Positions 10,674 to 22,652 are shown, counted from the stretch's first letter. The stretch: DNA of 64,000 nt from Legionella sp. (GCA_013697625.1 JACCWN010000133.1:32442-96441); one strand, 5' to 3'. Translations and numbers: made by a program. The notes: generated by a model not told the origin, from the letters alone.

Positions 10674-12163
10674 TAAGATCCTAAATTTATACCGGGCAAA
10701 ACCTTCGAAGGTTTTGAAAGATGTGTTTGTTCCAAAGATGCAATTGGATAGGCGCAATAATCAGCCGCACTATACCCACTGGGTCTATGATTTCCGCTAA
10801 GTCCCACCCCACCAAAAGGCAGACTACTTAAAGCACCTGTTGTTGGCTGATTCCAATTGATGAGCCCTGCCGATACCTGGTGATATACTTTATTATATTT
10901 ACCTTCATCATCACTCAAAATGCCTACCATTAATCCATACCTAGTTTGGTTGGCTATATCAATTGCTTGTTCAAAATCAGTGTAACGATATACTTGAATT
11001 AAAGGCCCAAATATTTCTTGGTCAGGGGGATTGGGCACCGAACTCATGTCTAAAATGCCTGGTGAAAGAAACCCTGTGTGCTCAGATAAAGAGTGCATTA
11101 ATAGCAAAGCATTTGCTCCCAATCGAATTAAACCCGCTTGCGATTCCAGCAGCCTTTGAGCTTGGGCATAGGATATAACAGGACCCATGAAAGGCACAGG
11201 ATGCGAATCATAAGCACCAATTGTAAGGCTTTGACACATCCTTATAAATGCCTTTAAAAAATCATCACCCCAAGGGCTGTTGGGTATAATGACACGTCGG
11301 GCACAAGTACAGCGTTGTCCAGTGCTGATAAGAGTAGATAGTAATGTATGATACAAAGCAGCATCTAAATCTGAAACCTCATCAATGATCAAAGGGTTAT
11401 TTCCACCCATTTCTAATGCTAAAATAACATTTAAACGATTGCTAAACTGCCTATGTATACTAAAACCCGCATCAAAGCTGCCTGTAAAATATACCCCCTG
11501 TATATCTTGGTCTAAAAGCGCTTTAGCACAGGTAACATCGCCTTGTAAGCAATTGATAACTCCGGCAGGGATGTGACTGTCATGCCAACATTGCATTATT
11601 AATTCAGCAACGGCGGGTGTTTGTTCGCTGGGCTTATATAAAATTGTATTACCAGCAAGCAAAGCGGGGATAATATGCCCATTGCTTAAATGTGCTGGAA
11701 AATTAAATGGACCAAGAATAACCACAATACCTTGTGGTTTAAAGCGTAATCGGTTAACAATGTCTCCCTGAAGCACTTCATTTGGATAGGTTTTCTCTTT
11801 ATAGGCTTGGATAGACAACTTGATTTTAGCGATAACTGAATTAACCTCAGTTACTGATTCCCATAAGGGTTTACCATTTTCTTTTGAAATTAGAAGGGCT
11901 AAGGCATCTCGCTGTTTTTCAATTTCATCTCCAAACGCTATGACATACTCTGCGCGTTTTTCAAAGCTGATAATTGACCAGGCAGCTAGTGCTGCTTGAG
12001 CAGCTTTATGGGCTAAAAAAATAACATCCTTACCAGCGTGACTCCCTTGCCAAACCAAAGCGCCATTGGCTGGATTGTTTGATTCAAGGCTCATCCCTTG
12101 GCCTGCCATCCACTGGCCATCTACATAGTGTCCATTGCTTTGAATTACCTTTGATGTAACCAT
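10673..12163 (-). CDS. astD: succinylglutamate-semialdehyde dehydrogenase
   Basis: Aldehyde dehydrogenase fold with LEMGGNNP and GQRCTCARR catalytic blocks, flanked by astA and astB. The ATG at 12163 is preferred over the TTG at 12178. Confidence 0.9.
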   Translation of the reverse strand: MVTSKVIQSNGHYVDGQWMAGQGMSLESNNPANGALVWQGSHAGKDVIFLAHKAAQAALAAWSIISFEKRAEYVIAFGDEIEKQRDALALLISKENGKPLWESVTEVNSVIAKIKLSIQAYKEKTYPNEVLQGDIVNRLRFKPQGIVVILGPFNFPAHLSNGHIIPALLAGNTILYKPSEQTPAVAELIMQCWHDSHIPAGVINCLQGDVTCAKALLDQDIQGVYFTGSFDAGFSIHRQFSNRLNVILALEMGGNNPLIIDEVSDLDAALYHTLLSTLISTGQRCTCARRVIIPNSPWGDDFLKAFIRMCQSLTIGAYDSHPVPFMGPVISYAQAQRLLESQAGLIRLGANALLLMHSLSEHTGFLSPGILDMSSVPNPPDQEIFGPLIQVYRYTDFEQAIDIANQTRYGLMVGILSDDEGKYNKVYHQVSAGLINWNQPTTGALSSLPFGGVGLSGNHRPSGYSAADYCAYPIASLEQTHLSKPSKVLPGINLGS

Positions 12164-12174
12164 TGAATACCTTT

Positions 12175-13203
12175 TCAAATAGATGTGTTAAGGGGGACTA
12201 TCCGTAAATGATCTCCAGTATGTACCTGTAAAAGATCTGCAATTTCTTTACTTATAATACAAGTAAACCCAACAGGATCAATCAGGGCAGAGCCCAGAGT
12301 AGCTCTAAATTCTACTTGAAGGTTTGCTAATAGATAGTCAATGCTGGTGACATCATCACGTAGTTTAATGATTTTAAAGAGTTGACTCAAGCCAATACTT
12401 TTTATATTTTCCAAGGGTGCTTCTATAGTAGGACCTGCATCAAAAATATCCACATAATGGTTGTAACGAAAGCCTTCTTTTAGTAAAATTTTCATAGCGG
12501 GTAGTGATGTTTTATGAGGTTTTCCTATTACAGCTTGTGCATCTGGATTAAGCAGTTGGACATAAATAGGAGTTAGAGGCATCAAATCTGCAATCAATTG
12601 TTTATCACTTGCCAAGGTCAGTCTATCTGCTTCTATAAAGGACATATGGAAAAAATGAGAGCCTAAATGGTCCCAAAAGGGCGATTCTCCATCCTCATCA
12701 CTTACGCCTCTCATTTCTGCAATCACAGTCTTGGAAAATCTGTATGGGGATTGTGCCATAAATAAAAAGCGTCCTTTAGATAGCAATAACCCATTGTGAT
12801 TTCGCCTGTAATTTGGTTCAAGATACAAGGTACACATTTCAGAACACCCTTGATGGTCATTGACTAAATTTAACACCTCATAATCACTTCGAATATTGAG
12901 CGAATAGCACATACGGGTATATTTAGATAATTTATAAGAATAAAAAGGACTTTCAAACCCGGTATTTGCTTCAATTCCAGAGGTGCCAACAAGTTGTTTT
13001 GTCAGCGAATCTTCTAGCACAAAAAAATAATATTCATTGGTCGGAAATTGGGGATCGGTTTTAAAAGATAGAGTTGATAATTGTAGACGTTTTTTTAATA
13101 AAGCTTCATCTTTAGGAAGGGTAGTGATGCCAATTCCACTGTGCAGAGCTAAATTATAAATAGCCTCTAAATCAGTATTTCGTGCATGGCGAAGTAGCAT
13201 CAT
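12175..13203 (-). CDS. astA: arginine N-succinyltransferase
   Basis: [30 protein letters not shown] aligns from residue 1 with the remembered N-terminus of enterobacterial AstA. 342 aa. Confidence 0.88.
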   Translation of the reverse strand: MMLLRHARNTDLEAIYNLALHSGIGITTLPKDEALLKKRLQLSTLSFKTDPQFPTNEYYFFVLEDSLTKQLVGTSGIEANTGFESPFYSYKLSKYTRMCYSLNIRSDYEVLNLVNDHQGCSEMCTLYLEPNYRRNHNGLLLSKGRFLFMAQSPYRFSKTVIAEMRGVSDEDGESPFWDHLGSHFFHMSFIEADRLTLASDKQLIADLMPLTPIYVQLLNPDAQAVIGKPHKTSLPAMKILLKEGFRYNHYVDIFDAGPTIEAPLENIKSIGLSQLFKIIKLRDDVTSIDYLLANLQVEFRATLGSALIDPVGFTCIISKEIADLLQVHTGDHLRIVPLNTSI

Positions 13204-14413
13204 GTGATTTACCCTCTTGTGCTAAATCAAGTAGAAGTAAGGCACTTAAACTGGCACGTTCAGCCAAACTATCTAAAATGATGAATTCATTTTCACTATG
13301 GATATGACCACCCCTGACACCCAAGGTATCTAGAACAGGCAAACCACGGTGTGCTAGATTATTTCCATCACAACAGCCTCCGCTGTCTTTCCAATCAATA
13401 AGCAAACCCAATTTTTTTCCAATGTGTTGTAGTCTATGAAACAAGTTAAGACTTCCAGCACACACTTGTTTCACAGGACGTCCTACACCGCCTAAGATAT
13501 CTAAAGTATAACTGGTCCTTTGGAATTTTGTTTTTATCTTACCAAATTGTTTTTGAAGCCAAAGCGTATCGTCTGCAGAGGTTATTCGAACATCCAACTT
13601 TGCCACAGCCTTGTCTGGGACCATATTTAAGGCTTCTCCACCGGCTATTTTACCTACATTGATTGTAAGTCCTGTGCGTTGTCCATTTAAACCATTGATT
13701 GCGGTAATCACCTCAGCTAAATAGCAAATGGCATTTCTACCTTCTTCAAACGATCTGCCAGCATGGGCTGTTTTCCCTGTAGCAATGATGGTAAATTTTC
13801 CAGCTCCTTTACGGTTTTTTGCTAAAATGCCTGTGGCTGTCATTGCTGGTTCATAGACCAAAGCAGCTTCATAGTGTGGGGCTATTTCTTCTAAAATACC
13901 CTTAGATGCTGGAGAACCAATTTCTTCATCTGCATTGATCAACACATCCCAACCTAATAATTGAGCCGCATCTGTTTGTTCAAAGGCTAACAAAGCATGT
14001 AACATCACCAGAAGGCCACCTTTCATATCGGCAACACCTGGACCATTGATCTGATTATCATTGACATAGGTCAGTGTTTTAAAAGGATGAGTGAAAGGAT
14101 ATACCGTGTCCATGTGCCCACAAAAAAGTATGCGCCGCTTTAAATGTGGGCGTTTACTTATAAATAGAACATCCCCACACCTTTGGATTATCTCTTCACC
14201 CTGCATGTTAAAAGACGGAACCGCAGCAAGTTGCTTGAGCTCTATAGAATCAGCAAAAGGGCGGAATACAGCTTGTAGTTGCTGAGATATTTGTGCAAGG
14301 CCTAAAAGATTTTCTGTGCCAGAATTGATTTCACATAATTCATGAAGCTGTGCAACCATTGTCTCTTGACTGGCTTTTATAGAATAAACAAGCTCTTTTT
14401 GTAAGTTATCCAT
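13172..14413 (-). CDS. M20-family metallopeptidase (carboxypeptidase G2/glutamate carboxypeptidase-like)
   Basis: CGHMDTVYP and GPGVADMKGG metal-ligand blocks with a C-terminal HSENEF block. Overlaps the astA start by 32 nt. Confidence 0.8.
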   Translation of the reverse strand: MDNLQKELVYSIKASQETMVAQLHELCEINSGTENLLGLAQISQQLQAVFRPFADSIELKQLAAVPSFNMQGEEIIQRCGDVLFISKRPHLKRRILFCGHMDTVYPFTHPFKTLTYVNDNQINGPGVADMKGGLLVMLHALLAFEQTDAAQLLGWDVLINADEEIGSPASKGILEEIAPHYEAALVYEPAMTATGILAKNRKGAGKFTIIATGKTAHAGRSFEEGRNAICYLAEVITAINGLNGQRTGLTINVGKIAGGEALNMVPDKAVAKLDVRITSADDTLWLQKQFGKIKTKFQRTSYTLDILGGVGRPVKQVCAGSLNLFHRLQHIGKKLGLLIDWKDSGGCCDGNNLAHRGLPVLDTLGVRGGHIHSENEFIILDSLAERASLSALLLLDLAQEGKSHDATSPCTKY

Positions 14414-14480
14414 GGCGTTTTAGTCTCACTTAAACATAAAACATAGCTTAAGCAAACTCGTTCGTCAATTAACTACCAGC

Positions 14481-15698
14481 TTAAGATGTGGTAACAATGT
14501 TTTTTTTCTGAGCGGATCGGTATCGGGCTTGTTTTTCAATGTCTATGTATCTGTCTGTGGTTGCACTTGAACTGTGGCCTGCATCATCACGGACATGTTC
14601 ACGAGGACGAATTTTTACATCCTCAGATATACCAGTATGCCTAAGCCAATGCACCGTAGCCGATGCTAAATTCATAGCTTCTTCTTCTAATCCTTGGTTC
14701 TTAAGGTGTACTCCTGCTAAGTCAAAACATTGCTGTATGATTCGACGAATGGGTGCGGTGTCACGCATAGGCCCATTACCACGCATTTTTGGTATCAAGG
14801 GCGTATTATCCGCAGGTGAAGGTAAAGGGGATAGGCCAAGATAATTTCTCCAACGAGATAAACTGGAAAGCATTGCTTTACTAACAGCAATCTGTCTTTC
14901 TTTGTTACCTTTACCAACGGTTGTAAACCACCAATGGCCATTGCTGTCCTTTGCAAAATGATTCATACATGGGGTCCACCGGTCATTGGCAACAAGTTCA
15001 CTAATTCTAAGGTACATCCCAAATAAAAGACTGAGCATGAAGCAGGTCCGCTCATGTTTTTCAGGCGCTTGTTGTGCCAAACATTCAGCGGCCTTCATAG
15101 TAGCCCCCCATTGAATCATACTAAGTCTGCGAATAGGCACCTTGTGTTGACGCTTACGTATGAATTTACTTTTTTGACGAATCAATGCCACGGGGTTAGA
15201 TGTTAAGTATTCTTCTGCAATTAAAAAATTAAATAAGGTGCTTAATATAGCGAAAATCTCTTGGGTACTGCCTTGTGATAAACTGAATTGGTCTAAAGTA
15301 GGAGGGGTTTTGGTGATAGAATTTTTGTTAATTTTGACTACAAAAGGCCGCCATTCAGTATTAGGCTTTCGAGTATTATCTTTAACCAAATATCTAGGAA
15401 CTTTTTTTAAACTTATCCAAGATTTAGGTGGATTCTGACAAAAATTGACATACTGCTCAATATCTTCTCTATTCAACGCTTTTAATGTACATTGTTTGAT
15501 TTGCCACGACCATTGAAGTAAGCGTTCAGTCTCACGCCTGTAACTATTAAATGTCCCTTCACTACCTATATAGCTTTTTAAAAAAGATAGGCACTGAACA
15601 AAGTCTTCAGAAAAGCGTTCATGAGGTAACATTACATGCTGCTGATTTTTATTTATATACTTTATACTATCAAAAAGTGGTAGAAAATTAGTATTCAT
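14481..15698 (-). CDS. tyrosine recombinase / phage-integrase family protein
   Basis: Catalytic-domain residues: YLRISEL (Arg), HWLRHTG (H-x-x-R) and GHSSSATTDRY (His and Tyr). The N-terminal SAM-like region carries the FNSYRRETERLLQW motif. Confidence 0.85.
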   Translation of the reverse strand: MNTNFLPLFDSIKYINKNQQHVMLPHERFSEDFVQCLSFLKSYIGSEGTFNSYRRETERLLQWSWQIKQCTLKALNREDIEQYVNFCQNPPKSWISLKKVPRYLVKDNTRKPNTEWRPFVVKINKNSITKTPPTLDQFSLSQGSTQEIFAILSTLFNFLIAEEYLTSNPVALIRQKSKFIRKRQHKVPIRRLSMIQWGATMKAAECLAQQAPEKHERTCFMLSLLFGMYLRISELVANDRWTPCMNHFAKDSNGHWWFTTVGKGNKERQIAVSKAMLSSLSRWRNYLGLSPLPSPADNTPLIPKMRGNGPMRDTAPIRRIIQQCFDLAGVHLKNQGLEEEAMNLASATVHWLRHTGISEDVKIRPREHVRDDAGHSSSATTDRYIDIEKQARYRSAQKKNIVTTS

Positions 15699-15992
15699 CC
15701 GCTGGCTCTGGAATGATGCGATAATTTACAGTGTAATTCATAAGCACCTTTCATCCAAGTTCTGGTCCTGCATTTTTGCTCAAGAAGCGCTTCATTCACA
15801 AAGCTGATTACTTTAATTACATGTTTGTAACAGTATCAGAACCTGCTGTAAGCAATTCGACTAATAATTAATATCTTATGGTTGTCTAAAAAATTATAGG
15901 TGTTTTCACCTCATACTAAGAGCTAGTAGTGTAAATAAGGATGGGCCGGTAAGGATCCTGAACCTAATATGGGAAATAATATAAATAAGTTA

Positions 15993-16021
15993 TTGACCTA
16001 GACAAAATCACCTAGTATTAT
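15993..16021 (+). promoter_or_regulatory. candidate sigma-70 promoter of the tRNA Pro-Arg-His operon
   Basis: ttgacc (15993-15998), a 17-nt spacer, then tattat (16016-16021), about 27 nt upstream of tRNA-Pro. Confidence 0.5.
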
Positions 16022-16048
16022 TTGCCTCTCTGTCCTTGAGACGGGTAA

Positions 16049-16125
16049 CGGGGTGTAGCGCAGTCTGGTAGCGCGTCTGCTTTGGGAGCAGGATGTCGGG
16101 AGTTCGAATCTCTCCACCCCGACCA
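16049..16125 (+). tRNA. tRNA-Pro (anticodon UGG)
   Basis: Hand-folded cloverleaf. Acceptor cggggtg/caccccg, anticodon stem tctgc/gcagg, loop tttggga, T-arm ggttcgaatc, encoded CCA. Confidence 0.9.
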
Positions 16126-16129
16126 TTAA

Positions 16130-16206
16130 GCGCCCGTAGCTCATCTGGATAGAGCATCGGCCTTCTAAGCCGAGGGTAGCAGGTTCGAGTCCTGCCGGGC
16201 GCACCA
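16130..16206 (+). tRNA. tRNA-Arg (anticodon UCU)
   Basis: Acceptor gcgcccg/cgggcgc, anticodon stem tcggc/gccga, loop cttctaa, T-loop ggttcgagtcc, encoded CCA. Confidence 0.9.
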
Positions 16207-16229
16207 GCTTGTCTGTGGAAGAGAATTTT

Positions 16230-16306
16230 GGTGAGCGTAGCTCAGTTGGTAGAGCCCCGGGTTGTGATCCCGGTTGTCGTGGGTTCGAATCCCATCGTTC
16301 ACCCCA
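16230..16306 (+). tRNA. tRNA-His (anticodon GUG)
   Basis: Extra 5' G(-1), anticodon stem ccggg/cccgg, loop ttgtgat, T-loop ggttcgaatcc, encoded CCA. Confidence 0.9.
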
Positions 16307-16385
16307 TAAGCATTTTATTAAATTTTTAGGTTAATTTAAAAAAATACAAATAAAAATGTCTACTGCTAAAGATTCTGTCTGAGTC

Positions 16386-16414
16386 TTTACAAGACTTAAT
16401 TACTGATTGATAAT
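16386..16414 (+). promoter_or_regulatory. candidate sigma-70 promoter for tRNA-Leu (and possibly tig)
   Basis: tttaca (16386-16391), a 17-nt spacer, then gataat (16409-16414), 12 nt before the tRNA-Leu 5' end. Confidence 0.4.
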
Positions 16415-16425
16415 CCAACCTAATT

Positions 16426-16510
16426 GCGAAAGTGGCGGAATTGGTAGACGCACTGGATTTAGGTTCCAGCGGGGCAACCCGTGAGAGTTCGAGTCTCTCC
16501 TTTCGCACCA
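16426..16510 (+). tRNA. tRNA-Leu (anticodon UAG), class II with long variable arm
   Basis: Acceptor gcgaaag/ctttcgc, anticodon stem ctgga/tccag, loop tttaggt, long variable arm, T-loop gttcgagtc, encoded CCA. Confidence 0.9.
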
Positions 16511-16539
16511 TTTCATGTAAATATCCAAGAGGTGAATGA

Positions 16540-17871
16540 ATGCAAGTATCTATTGAGACCTTAGAAGGCTTAGAACGTAAGGTAACGATATCCGTTCCTA
16601 CAAATGAAGTTGAGGAAGAAGTAAGCTCTCGCCTCAAAAATCTTACTCGGAAAGTAAAAATCGATGGCTTCCGGCCCGGAAAGGCCCCAATGAACTTCGT
16701 TACCAAACGTTATGAGGGCTCAGTTAGACAAGAAGTTGCAAAAGATCTTGTAGAAAAGACTTTGCCTACGGCTCTAAAACAAAATGATTTAGCCCCAACT
16801 GATTACCCCAATGTTGAACTTCTTAATATGAATAAAGGTGAAGATTTCAAATACAGCGTAGTCTTTGAGGTATTCCCAACTTTTGAAATCACTGAACTTA
16901 ATAAAATTCCTGTTGAATTGCTACGTTCAGAAGTTACAGACAAAGATGTTGAAGCAATGTTAGAGAAGCTCCGCGAACAGCACAGCACCTGGAAAGAAGC
17001 AGACCATTCTGCAAAAAAAGGCAACAAAGTTATGATTGATTTTGAAGGCTTTTTAGATGGTAAACAATTCGAGGGCGGTCAAGCCAGTGGCCATGAGCTG
17101 ATTCTTGGTTCAGGCTCCATGATTCCTGGGTTTGAAGATGGTATCATTGGACATAAGGTTGGGGATACCTTCGATATTAAAGTTAATTTCCCAAAGGACT
17201 ATGGACATTCAGAGTTAGCAGGAAAAGAAGCTACTTTTAAAATTACCTTACACAAAGTGATGGATGCAGAATTGCCCGAACTTAATGAAGCATTTGCTGA
17301 AAAATTCAATATTAAAACTGGTGGTATGGAAGCTTTAACCAAAGATATAAAAAGTAATATGGAACGAGAATTAGATAGAAAAATCAATGTTGCTAACAGA
17401 GAAAAGTTGTTTGACAAACTGATGGAAAGAAATACCATTGACCTACCTGCTTCCATGATAGAACGAGAAATCGAACATCTAAAACATGAGGCTTTTCATC
17501 GCATCTTTGGTCCAGAGCATAATGATAACGAAAAGATTCCTGATTTTCCAAGAGATTTATTCGAAGAGCAAGCAAAACGTCGAGTGCATCTTGGTTTGCT
17601 ATTCTCTGAGTACGTTAAAAAGCATAATATAGTCGCAGAACGTGATCGTGTGGATGCAATCATCGACAAATTTGCCACAGCTTATGAGTCACCAGATGAA
17701 TTGAGAAATATGTATAAAACCAATAAAGAACATATGGCAGAAATTGAAGCATTGGTGCTAGAAGAATTGGTAGCTGAAAAAATTGCCAGTGATGCAACTG
17801 TTAAATATGTCTCAAAAGATTATGATTTAGTGATGAATCCTCAAAAAGGCACTGAAAATAAAGGAGAGTAA
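16540..17871 (+). CDS. tig: trigger factor
   Basis: [20 protein letters not shown] start, GFRPGKAP ribosome-binding motif, central FKBP-like domain. Lies upstream of clpPX. Confidence 0.95.
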   Translation: MQVSIETLEGLERKVTISVPTNEVEEEVSSRLKNLTRKVKIDGFRPGKAPMNFVTKRYEGSVRQEVAKDLVEKTLPTALKQNDLAPTDYPNVELLNMNKGEDFKYSVVFEVFPTFEITELNKIPVELLRSEVTDKDVEAMLEKLREQHSTWKEADHSAKKGNKVMIDFEGFLDGKQFEGGQASGHELILGSGSMIPGFEDGIIGHKVGDTFDIKVNFPKDYGHSELAGKEATFKITLHKVMDAELPELNEAFAEKFNIKTGGMEALTKDIKSNMERELDRKINVANREKLFDKLMERNTIDLPASMIEREIEHLKHEAFHRIFGPEHNDNEKIPDFPRDLFEEQAKRRVHLGLLFSEYVKKHNIVAERDRVDAIIDKFATAYESPDELRNMYKTNKEHMAEIEALVLEELVAEKIASDATVKYVSKDYDLVMNPQKGTENKGE

Positions 17872-17873
17872 AC

Positions 17874-18518
17874 ATGGACTATTTCAATAATCAAATTCGC
17901 AGTGCCAGTGGGTTAGTACCTATGGTGGTTGAGCAGACCGCACGTGGAGAGCGTTCTTATGATATATATTCAAGATTACTAAAAGAAAGAATCATTTTTC
18001 TACTCGGTGAAGTTGAAGATCATATGGCGAATTTAGTTGTTGCACAACTATTGTTCCTTGAATCTGAAAATCCTGAGAAAGACATCTCTCTTTATATTAA
18101 TTCCCCTGGCGGTGTGGTTACAGCAGGATTGGCTATTTATGATACCATGCAATTTATTAAGCCAAATGTCAGTACTTTATGCATTGGCCAAGCGGCTAGC
18201 GCAGCTGCATTATTATTGTGTGCTGGGACGGATGGTAAAAGATTTTGCTTGCCAAATTCTAGAGTAATGATTCATCAACCCTTGGGTGGATATAGAGGTC
18301 AGGCAACTGATATTGAAATCCATGCTCGTGAAACTTTAGCTGTTCGTGAACGTTTAAATTGCATCATGGCCAAACACACCAGAAAAACTCCAGATCAGAT
18401 TATGCGTGATACTGAAAGAGATAATTTTATGAGCGCATCACAAGCAGTTGATTATGGGTTGGTTGACAAAGTACTTCATGACAGAGAATTATTAGTCCCA
18501 ATAAGAAACATAGAATAA
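17874..18518 (+). CDS. clpP: ATP-dependent Clp protease proteolytic subunit
   Basis: [40 protein letters not shown] (active-site Ser) and MIHQPLGG. Confidence 0.96.
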   Translation: MDYFNNQIRSASGLVPMVVEQTARGERSYDIYSRLLKERIIFLLGEVEDHMANLVVAQLLFLESENPEKDISLYINSPGGVVTAGLAIYDTMQFIKPNVSTLCIGQAASAAALLLCAGTDGKRFCLPNSRVMIHQPLGGYRGQATDIEIHARETLAVRERLNCIMAKHTRKTPDQIMRDTERDNFMSASQAVDYGLVDKVLHDRELLVPIRNIE

Positions 18519-18630
18519 CTTTTTCTCTGTTAAACAAAGCTATACATGATTTTAATAGCACGTTCTGTCACATTGACTAAAATTTTACGGTAATTTGTTT
18601 TTCAAATTGCCGTGGAAAGGGGTTTTTTTT

Positions 18631-19902
18631 ATGAGTAAATCCGGTAATGACAAAGGGGATAAAGTTCTTTATTGTTCCTTTTGTGGTAAAAGCCAACATG
18701 AGGTTAAAAAATTAATTGCAGGACCTTCTGTCTTTGTCTGTGATGAATGTGTGGATTTATGTAATGACATCATACGTGAAGAAGTTCAAGAAACCCATGA
18801 AGAGACAGAACCGCATTTACCATCACCTAAGGAAATTTCAAATTTTCTAGATGAGTATGTGATTGGTCAGCCTCATGCTAAAAAGGTTTTATCTGTCGCT
18901 GTTTATAATCACTACAAAAGGTTACGGCATAAAAATGAGGACGGTGTTGAGCTTGGAAAAAGTAATATTTTACTTATAGGGCCTACTGGTAGTGGTAAAA
19001 CTTTACTAGCACAAACTTTAGCTCGAATTTTGAATGTACCTTTTGCTATGGCCGATGCCACAACTTTAACAGAAGCTGGTTATGTTGGGGAAGATGTAGA
19101 GAACATCATTCAAAAACTTCTACAAAAATGTGACTATGATGTGGATAAAGCGCAACAAGGTATTGTCTATATAGATGAAATTGATAAAATTTCACGTAAG
19201 TCTGATAATCCCTCTATTACGCGGGATGTTTCAGGTGAAGGTGTACAACAAGCTCTTTTAAAGCTCATTGAAGGAACAGTTGCTTCTATACCACCGCAAG
19301 GCGGCCGTAAACACCCTCAACAAGAATTTCTACAAGTAGATACATCTAATATTCTATTTATTTGTGGTGGTGCATTCTCCGGCTTAGAAAAAGTTATACG
19401 TGATCGAAGTGACAAATCTGGAATTGGCTTCTCAGCTCAATTAAAAAATAAAACAACCGATACTGAAGAAGTTTCTAAAATGTTAAATCAAATGGAATCA
19501 GATGATTTGATTAAATACGGCTTAATACCAGAATTTGTAGGGCGGTTACCGGTGGTAACAACCCTACATGAACTTGATGAAACGGCTTTGATTGATATTT
19601 TAACCAGACCAAAAAATGCCCTTACCAAACAATTTCAATCCTTATTTAAGATGGAAGGTGTTGAGCTAGAGTTTAAAACTGAAGCCTTGGTAGAAATATC
19701 TAAAAAAGCAATTAAAAGAAAAATGGGTGCCCGAGGCCTCAGAGCTATTTTAGAGAATTTATTATTAGATACCATGTATGAACTACCATCTGTGGAAGGT
19801 GTAGTCAAAGTTGTGATTGATGAAGCAGTTGTAAGCAATGCAACCAAGCCTATTCTTTTATATGAACAAGAGGATTTAAAACATAAGTCTGGGGAAAAAT
19901 AG
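18631..19902 (+). CDS. clpX: ATP-dependent Clp protease ATP-binding subunit ClpX
   Basis: Zinc-finger [28 protein letters not shown], Walker [15 protein letters not shown]. The ATG at 18631 is preferred over the upstream TTG at 18595. Confidence 0.95.
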   Translation: MSKSGNDKGDKVLYCSFCGKSQHEVKKLIAGPSVFVCDECVDLCNDIIREEVQETHEETEPHLPSPKEISNFLDEYVIGQPHAKKVLSVAVYNHYKRLRHKNEDGVELGKSNILLIGPTGSGKTLLAQTLARILNVPFAMADATTLTEAGYVGEDVENIIQKLLQKCDYDVDKAQQGIVYIDEIDKISRKSDNPSITRDVSGEGVQQALLKLIEGTVASIPPQGGRKHPQQEFLQVDTSNILFICGGAFSGLEKVIRDRSDKSGIGFSAQLKNKTTDTEEVSKMLNQMESDDLIKYGLIPEFVGRLPVVTTLHELDETALIDILTRPKNALTKQFQSLFKMEGVELEFKTEALVEISKKAIKRKMGARGLRAILENLLLDTMYELPSVEGVVKVVIDEAVVSNATKPILLYEQEDLKHKSGEK

Positions 19903-19918
19903 TTCTAGTATTCATAAT

Positions 19919-19943
19919 CCTGTATTAGAAAAACTAGTACAGG
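19919..19943 (+). terminator. stem-loop downstream of clpX
   Basis: cctgtattag / ctagtacagg form a 10-bp stem (one G-T pair) with a 5-nt aaaaa loop. There is no downstream T-run, so terminator function is uncertain. Confidence 0.3.
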
Positions 19944-20210
19944 AAATTAACTTTGGAAATAGTTTTTATCTTAATTGCATCGATATTTTGCTTTATTTAC
20001 ATGTTCTATATAGAAATGTTTTGACAACTAAAATTCCACTTTTCTCAGTTTATCTCTCACTTAAAGAATTGTTCACAGATATTATTATCTGTATACTCTT
20101 TACAAATAAAGTATATGTTCAAGGTTGGTTATGATTTAAGGTCTATTCTTAATGTCACCTGAACTATATTATCGTTAATTTATGATTTTACTTTCGAATA
20201 AGGACTCATT

Positions 20211-22652
20211 ATGTCTAATAACAATGAAGTCGTGTCTACTCCCTTGGAATCTAATTCTTTTTTTCCCGTATTGCCCTTAAGAGATGTGGTGGTTTATCCA
20301 CACATGGTGATTCCACTTTTTGTAGGCCGTGGAAAATCTATTAAAGCTCTGGAAATTGCAATGCTGGGTAACAAGCAAATTTTTCTTGTTGCGCAACGTA
20401 AATCAGGCAATGATGATCCTACACAGGAAGATGTGTATCAAGTTGGGACTTTATCGAACGTATTACAACTTCTTAAATTGCCCGATGGCACGGTTAAAGT
20501 TCTAGTTGAAGGTGAAAAACGTGCAAAAGCTTTACATTATCGTCAAGAAAATGATTATTTAGAAGCACAGTTAGAACTCATTGAAGATACCGAGAGCAAA
20601 ACAGATGAGCCCGAAGTTGGCATTATCATGCGTGCATTGTTATCCCAGTTTGAGCAATATATAAAATTGAATAAAAAAATTCCACCAGAAGTTTTAGCTC
20701 CTTTGACCAATATCGATGATCCAGGCAGACTTGGAGATGCAATTTCAGCTCATCTCAGTCTTAAAGTTGAAAACAAACAAGAAGTGCTGGAAATTTTAGA
20801 CGGAGCTAGTCGACTCGAACGTTTAATGGCTTTGATTGAAAATGAAATTGATTTATTACATGTTGAAAAACGAGTAAAAGGCCGAGTAAAACGCCAAATG
20901 GAAAAAAGCCAACGCGAATACTACCTTAATGAACAAATGAAAGCTATCCAAAAAGAACTGGGTGAATTAGGGGAAGAAGGTAATGAACTAGATCAACTTG
21001 AAGCATCTATTAATAAAGCAGGGATGCCTAAGGAAGCCAAAGAGAAAGCTTTATCGGAACTTCATAAATTAAAAATGATGTCACCCATGTCAGCCGAAGC
21101 AACTGTGATTAGAAATTATTTAGATTGGATGTTAATAGTTCCATGGAAAAAGAAAAACAAAATTCAATTCGATCTTCTCAAAGCCGAGCGTTTATTAGAT
21201 AAAGAACACCATGGTTTGGAACGTGTAAAAGAAAGAATCATCGAGTATCTGGCAGTACAGCAGCGTGTTAAACGTTTAAAAGGTCCCATCATCTGTTTGG
21301 TAGGTCCTCCTGGTGTTGGCAAGACATCCTTGGGTCAATCTATAGCGAATGCAACCGGTAGAACTTTTATTCGAATTGCATTGGGTGGTGTGCGTGATGA
21401 GGCTGAGATACGTGGGCATAGACGTACTTACATTGGTTCTATGCCTGGAAAAATAATACAGAAACTAAGTAAAGCCGGCGTCAAAAATCCTTTAATCATG
21501 CTGGACGAAGTTGATAAAATGGCTATGGATTTCAGAGGAGATCCTGCCTCTGCCTTGCTTGAAGTATTAGATCCTGAACAAAATCACACATTTAGTGATC
21601 ATTATCTAGAAGTTGATTATGATTTAAGTGATGTGATGTTTATTGCAACTGCGAACTCCTTAGAAATTCCAGCAGCCTTATTAGATAGAATGGAAGTCAT
21701 ACGGCTGGCTGGATACACTGAAGATGAAAAAGTCAATATTGCTACTCAATATTTAGTGCCTAAGCAAGTAGTACTAAATGGGTTGAATGACAAAGAAATA
21801 CATATCAGCGAGGGTACCATAAGAGATATTATTCGATACTATACGCGCGAAGCTGGTGTACGTAATCTTGAAAGAGATATTGCGCGTGTTTGTAGAAAAG
21901 TGGTTAAACAAATTTTATCTGATAAAAGACTTAAAAAAATCAATATTACCATTTCTAATCTCGAGAAATATTTGGGCGTTAAGAAATTCCGATATGGTCT
22001 TGCTGAAAAATATGATCAAATTGGACAAGTTACTGGATTAGCTTGGACAAGTGTAGGTGGTGAGCTCCTAACACTTGAGGCATCTATGATGCAAGGAAAG
22101 GGCAAAGTGACACATACGGGCCAATTGGGTGAGGTTATGCAAGAATCCATTCATGCAGCCATGACTGTTGTGAGAAGCCGAGCAAAGAAATTTGGCTTAG
22201 CAGATGACTTTTATGAGAAAAATGATTTTCATGTTCACGTACCAGAAGGTGCAACTCCAAAAGATGGCCCAAGCGCAGGGATTGGGATGTGTACTGTACT
22301 AGTATCGGTAGTAACACAAATTCCTGTGAAAGCTGATGTAGCTATGACTGGAGAAATTACCTTGCGTGGTCAAGTATTGCCCATTGGTGGCCTAAAAGAG
22401 AAACTTCTAGCGGCTCATCGTGGAGGTATCAAACATGTGCTCATACCAGAAGAGAACTTAAAAGATCTTGAAGAGATACCAGACAATGTATTACGCAAGC
22501 TGATTATTCATCCAGTAAAAACCATTGAACAGGTTCTAGATCTCGCATTACAACGGTCACCTTGGGTAGATCAGTCAACATATGTACAAGAAAAATCTAT
22601 AGACAAAAAAAAATCAAAAAAAATAAAAAATAATGATTTACAGGACCATTAA
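20211..22652 (+). CDS. lon: Lon protease
   Basis: 813 aa with [22 protein letters not shown], Walker [10 protein letters not shown] and the protease block PKDGPSAG. Lys-rich C-terminal tail. Confidence 0.96.
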   Translation: MSNNNEVVSTPLESNSFFPVLPLRDVVVYPHMVIPLFVGRGKSIKALEIAMLGNKQIFLVAQRKSGNDDPTQEDVYQVGTLSNVLQLLKLPDGTVKVLVEGEKRAKALHYRQENDYLEAQLELIEDTESKTDEPEVGIIMRALLSQFEQYIKLNKKIPPEVLAPLTNIDDPGRLGDAISAHLSLKVENKQEVLEILDGASRLERLMALIENEIDLLHVEKRVKGRVKRQMEKSQREYYLNEQMKAIQKELGELGEEGNELDQLEASINKAGMPKEAKEKALSELHKLKMMSPMSAEATVIRNYLDWMLIVPWKKKNKIQFDLLKAERLLDKEHHGLERVKERIIEYLAVQQRVKRLKGPIICLVGPPGVGKTSLGQSIANATGRTFIRIALGGVRDEAEIRGHRRTYIGSMPGKIIQKLSKAGVKNPLIMLDEVDKMAMDFRGDPASALLEVLDPEQNHTFSDHYLEVDYDLSDVMFIATANSLEIPAALLDRMEVIRLAGYTEDEKVNIATQYLVPKQVVLNGLNDKEIHISEGTIRDIIRYYTREAGVRNLERDIARVCRKVVKQILSDKRLKKINITISNLEKYLGVKKFRYGLAEKYDQIGQVTGLAWTSVGGELLTLEASMMQGKGKVTHTGQLGEVMQESIHAAMTVVRSRAKKFGLADDFYEKNDFHVHVPEGATPKDGPSAGIGMCTVLVSVVTQIPVKADVAMTGEITLRGQVLPIGGLKEKLLAAHRGGIKHVLIPEENLKDLEEIPDNVLRKLIIHPVKTIEQVLDLALQRSPWVDQSTYVQEKSIDKKKSKKIKNNDLQDH

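Noticed and set aside
9330-10757. Extended N-termini proposed by the ORF track for astB (start 10757), astD (TTG 12178), secF (TTG 5470), clpX (TTG 18595) and hslU (1099).
   Set aside because: The extensions overlap the upstream gene and add non-conserved residues ahead of the canonical N-terminal motifs. An internal ATG at the expected position exists in each case.
14481-16306. Classical tRNA-targeted genomic island defined by the integrase and tRNA-Pro/Arg/His.
   Set aside because: The integrase is on the 5' side of the tRNA cluster. No tRNA 3'-end direct repeat and no other mobility genes were seen to its left. The neighbouring ast genes look metabolic. It is reported only as an orphan recombinase.
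15998-16706. ORFs 15998..16204(-) and 16326..16706(-), and likewise 35138..35347(-) and 35181..35375(+).
   Set aside because: They overlap tRNA genes (Pro/Arg, Leu, Ser). Their translations (GLEPATLGLEGRCSIQ, RAVEGARLESV) are the usual artefacts of translating tRNA sequence.
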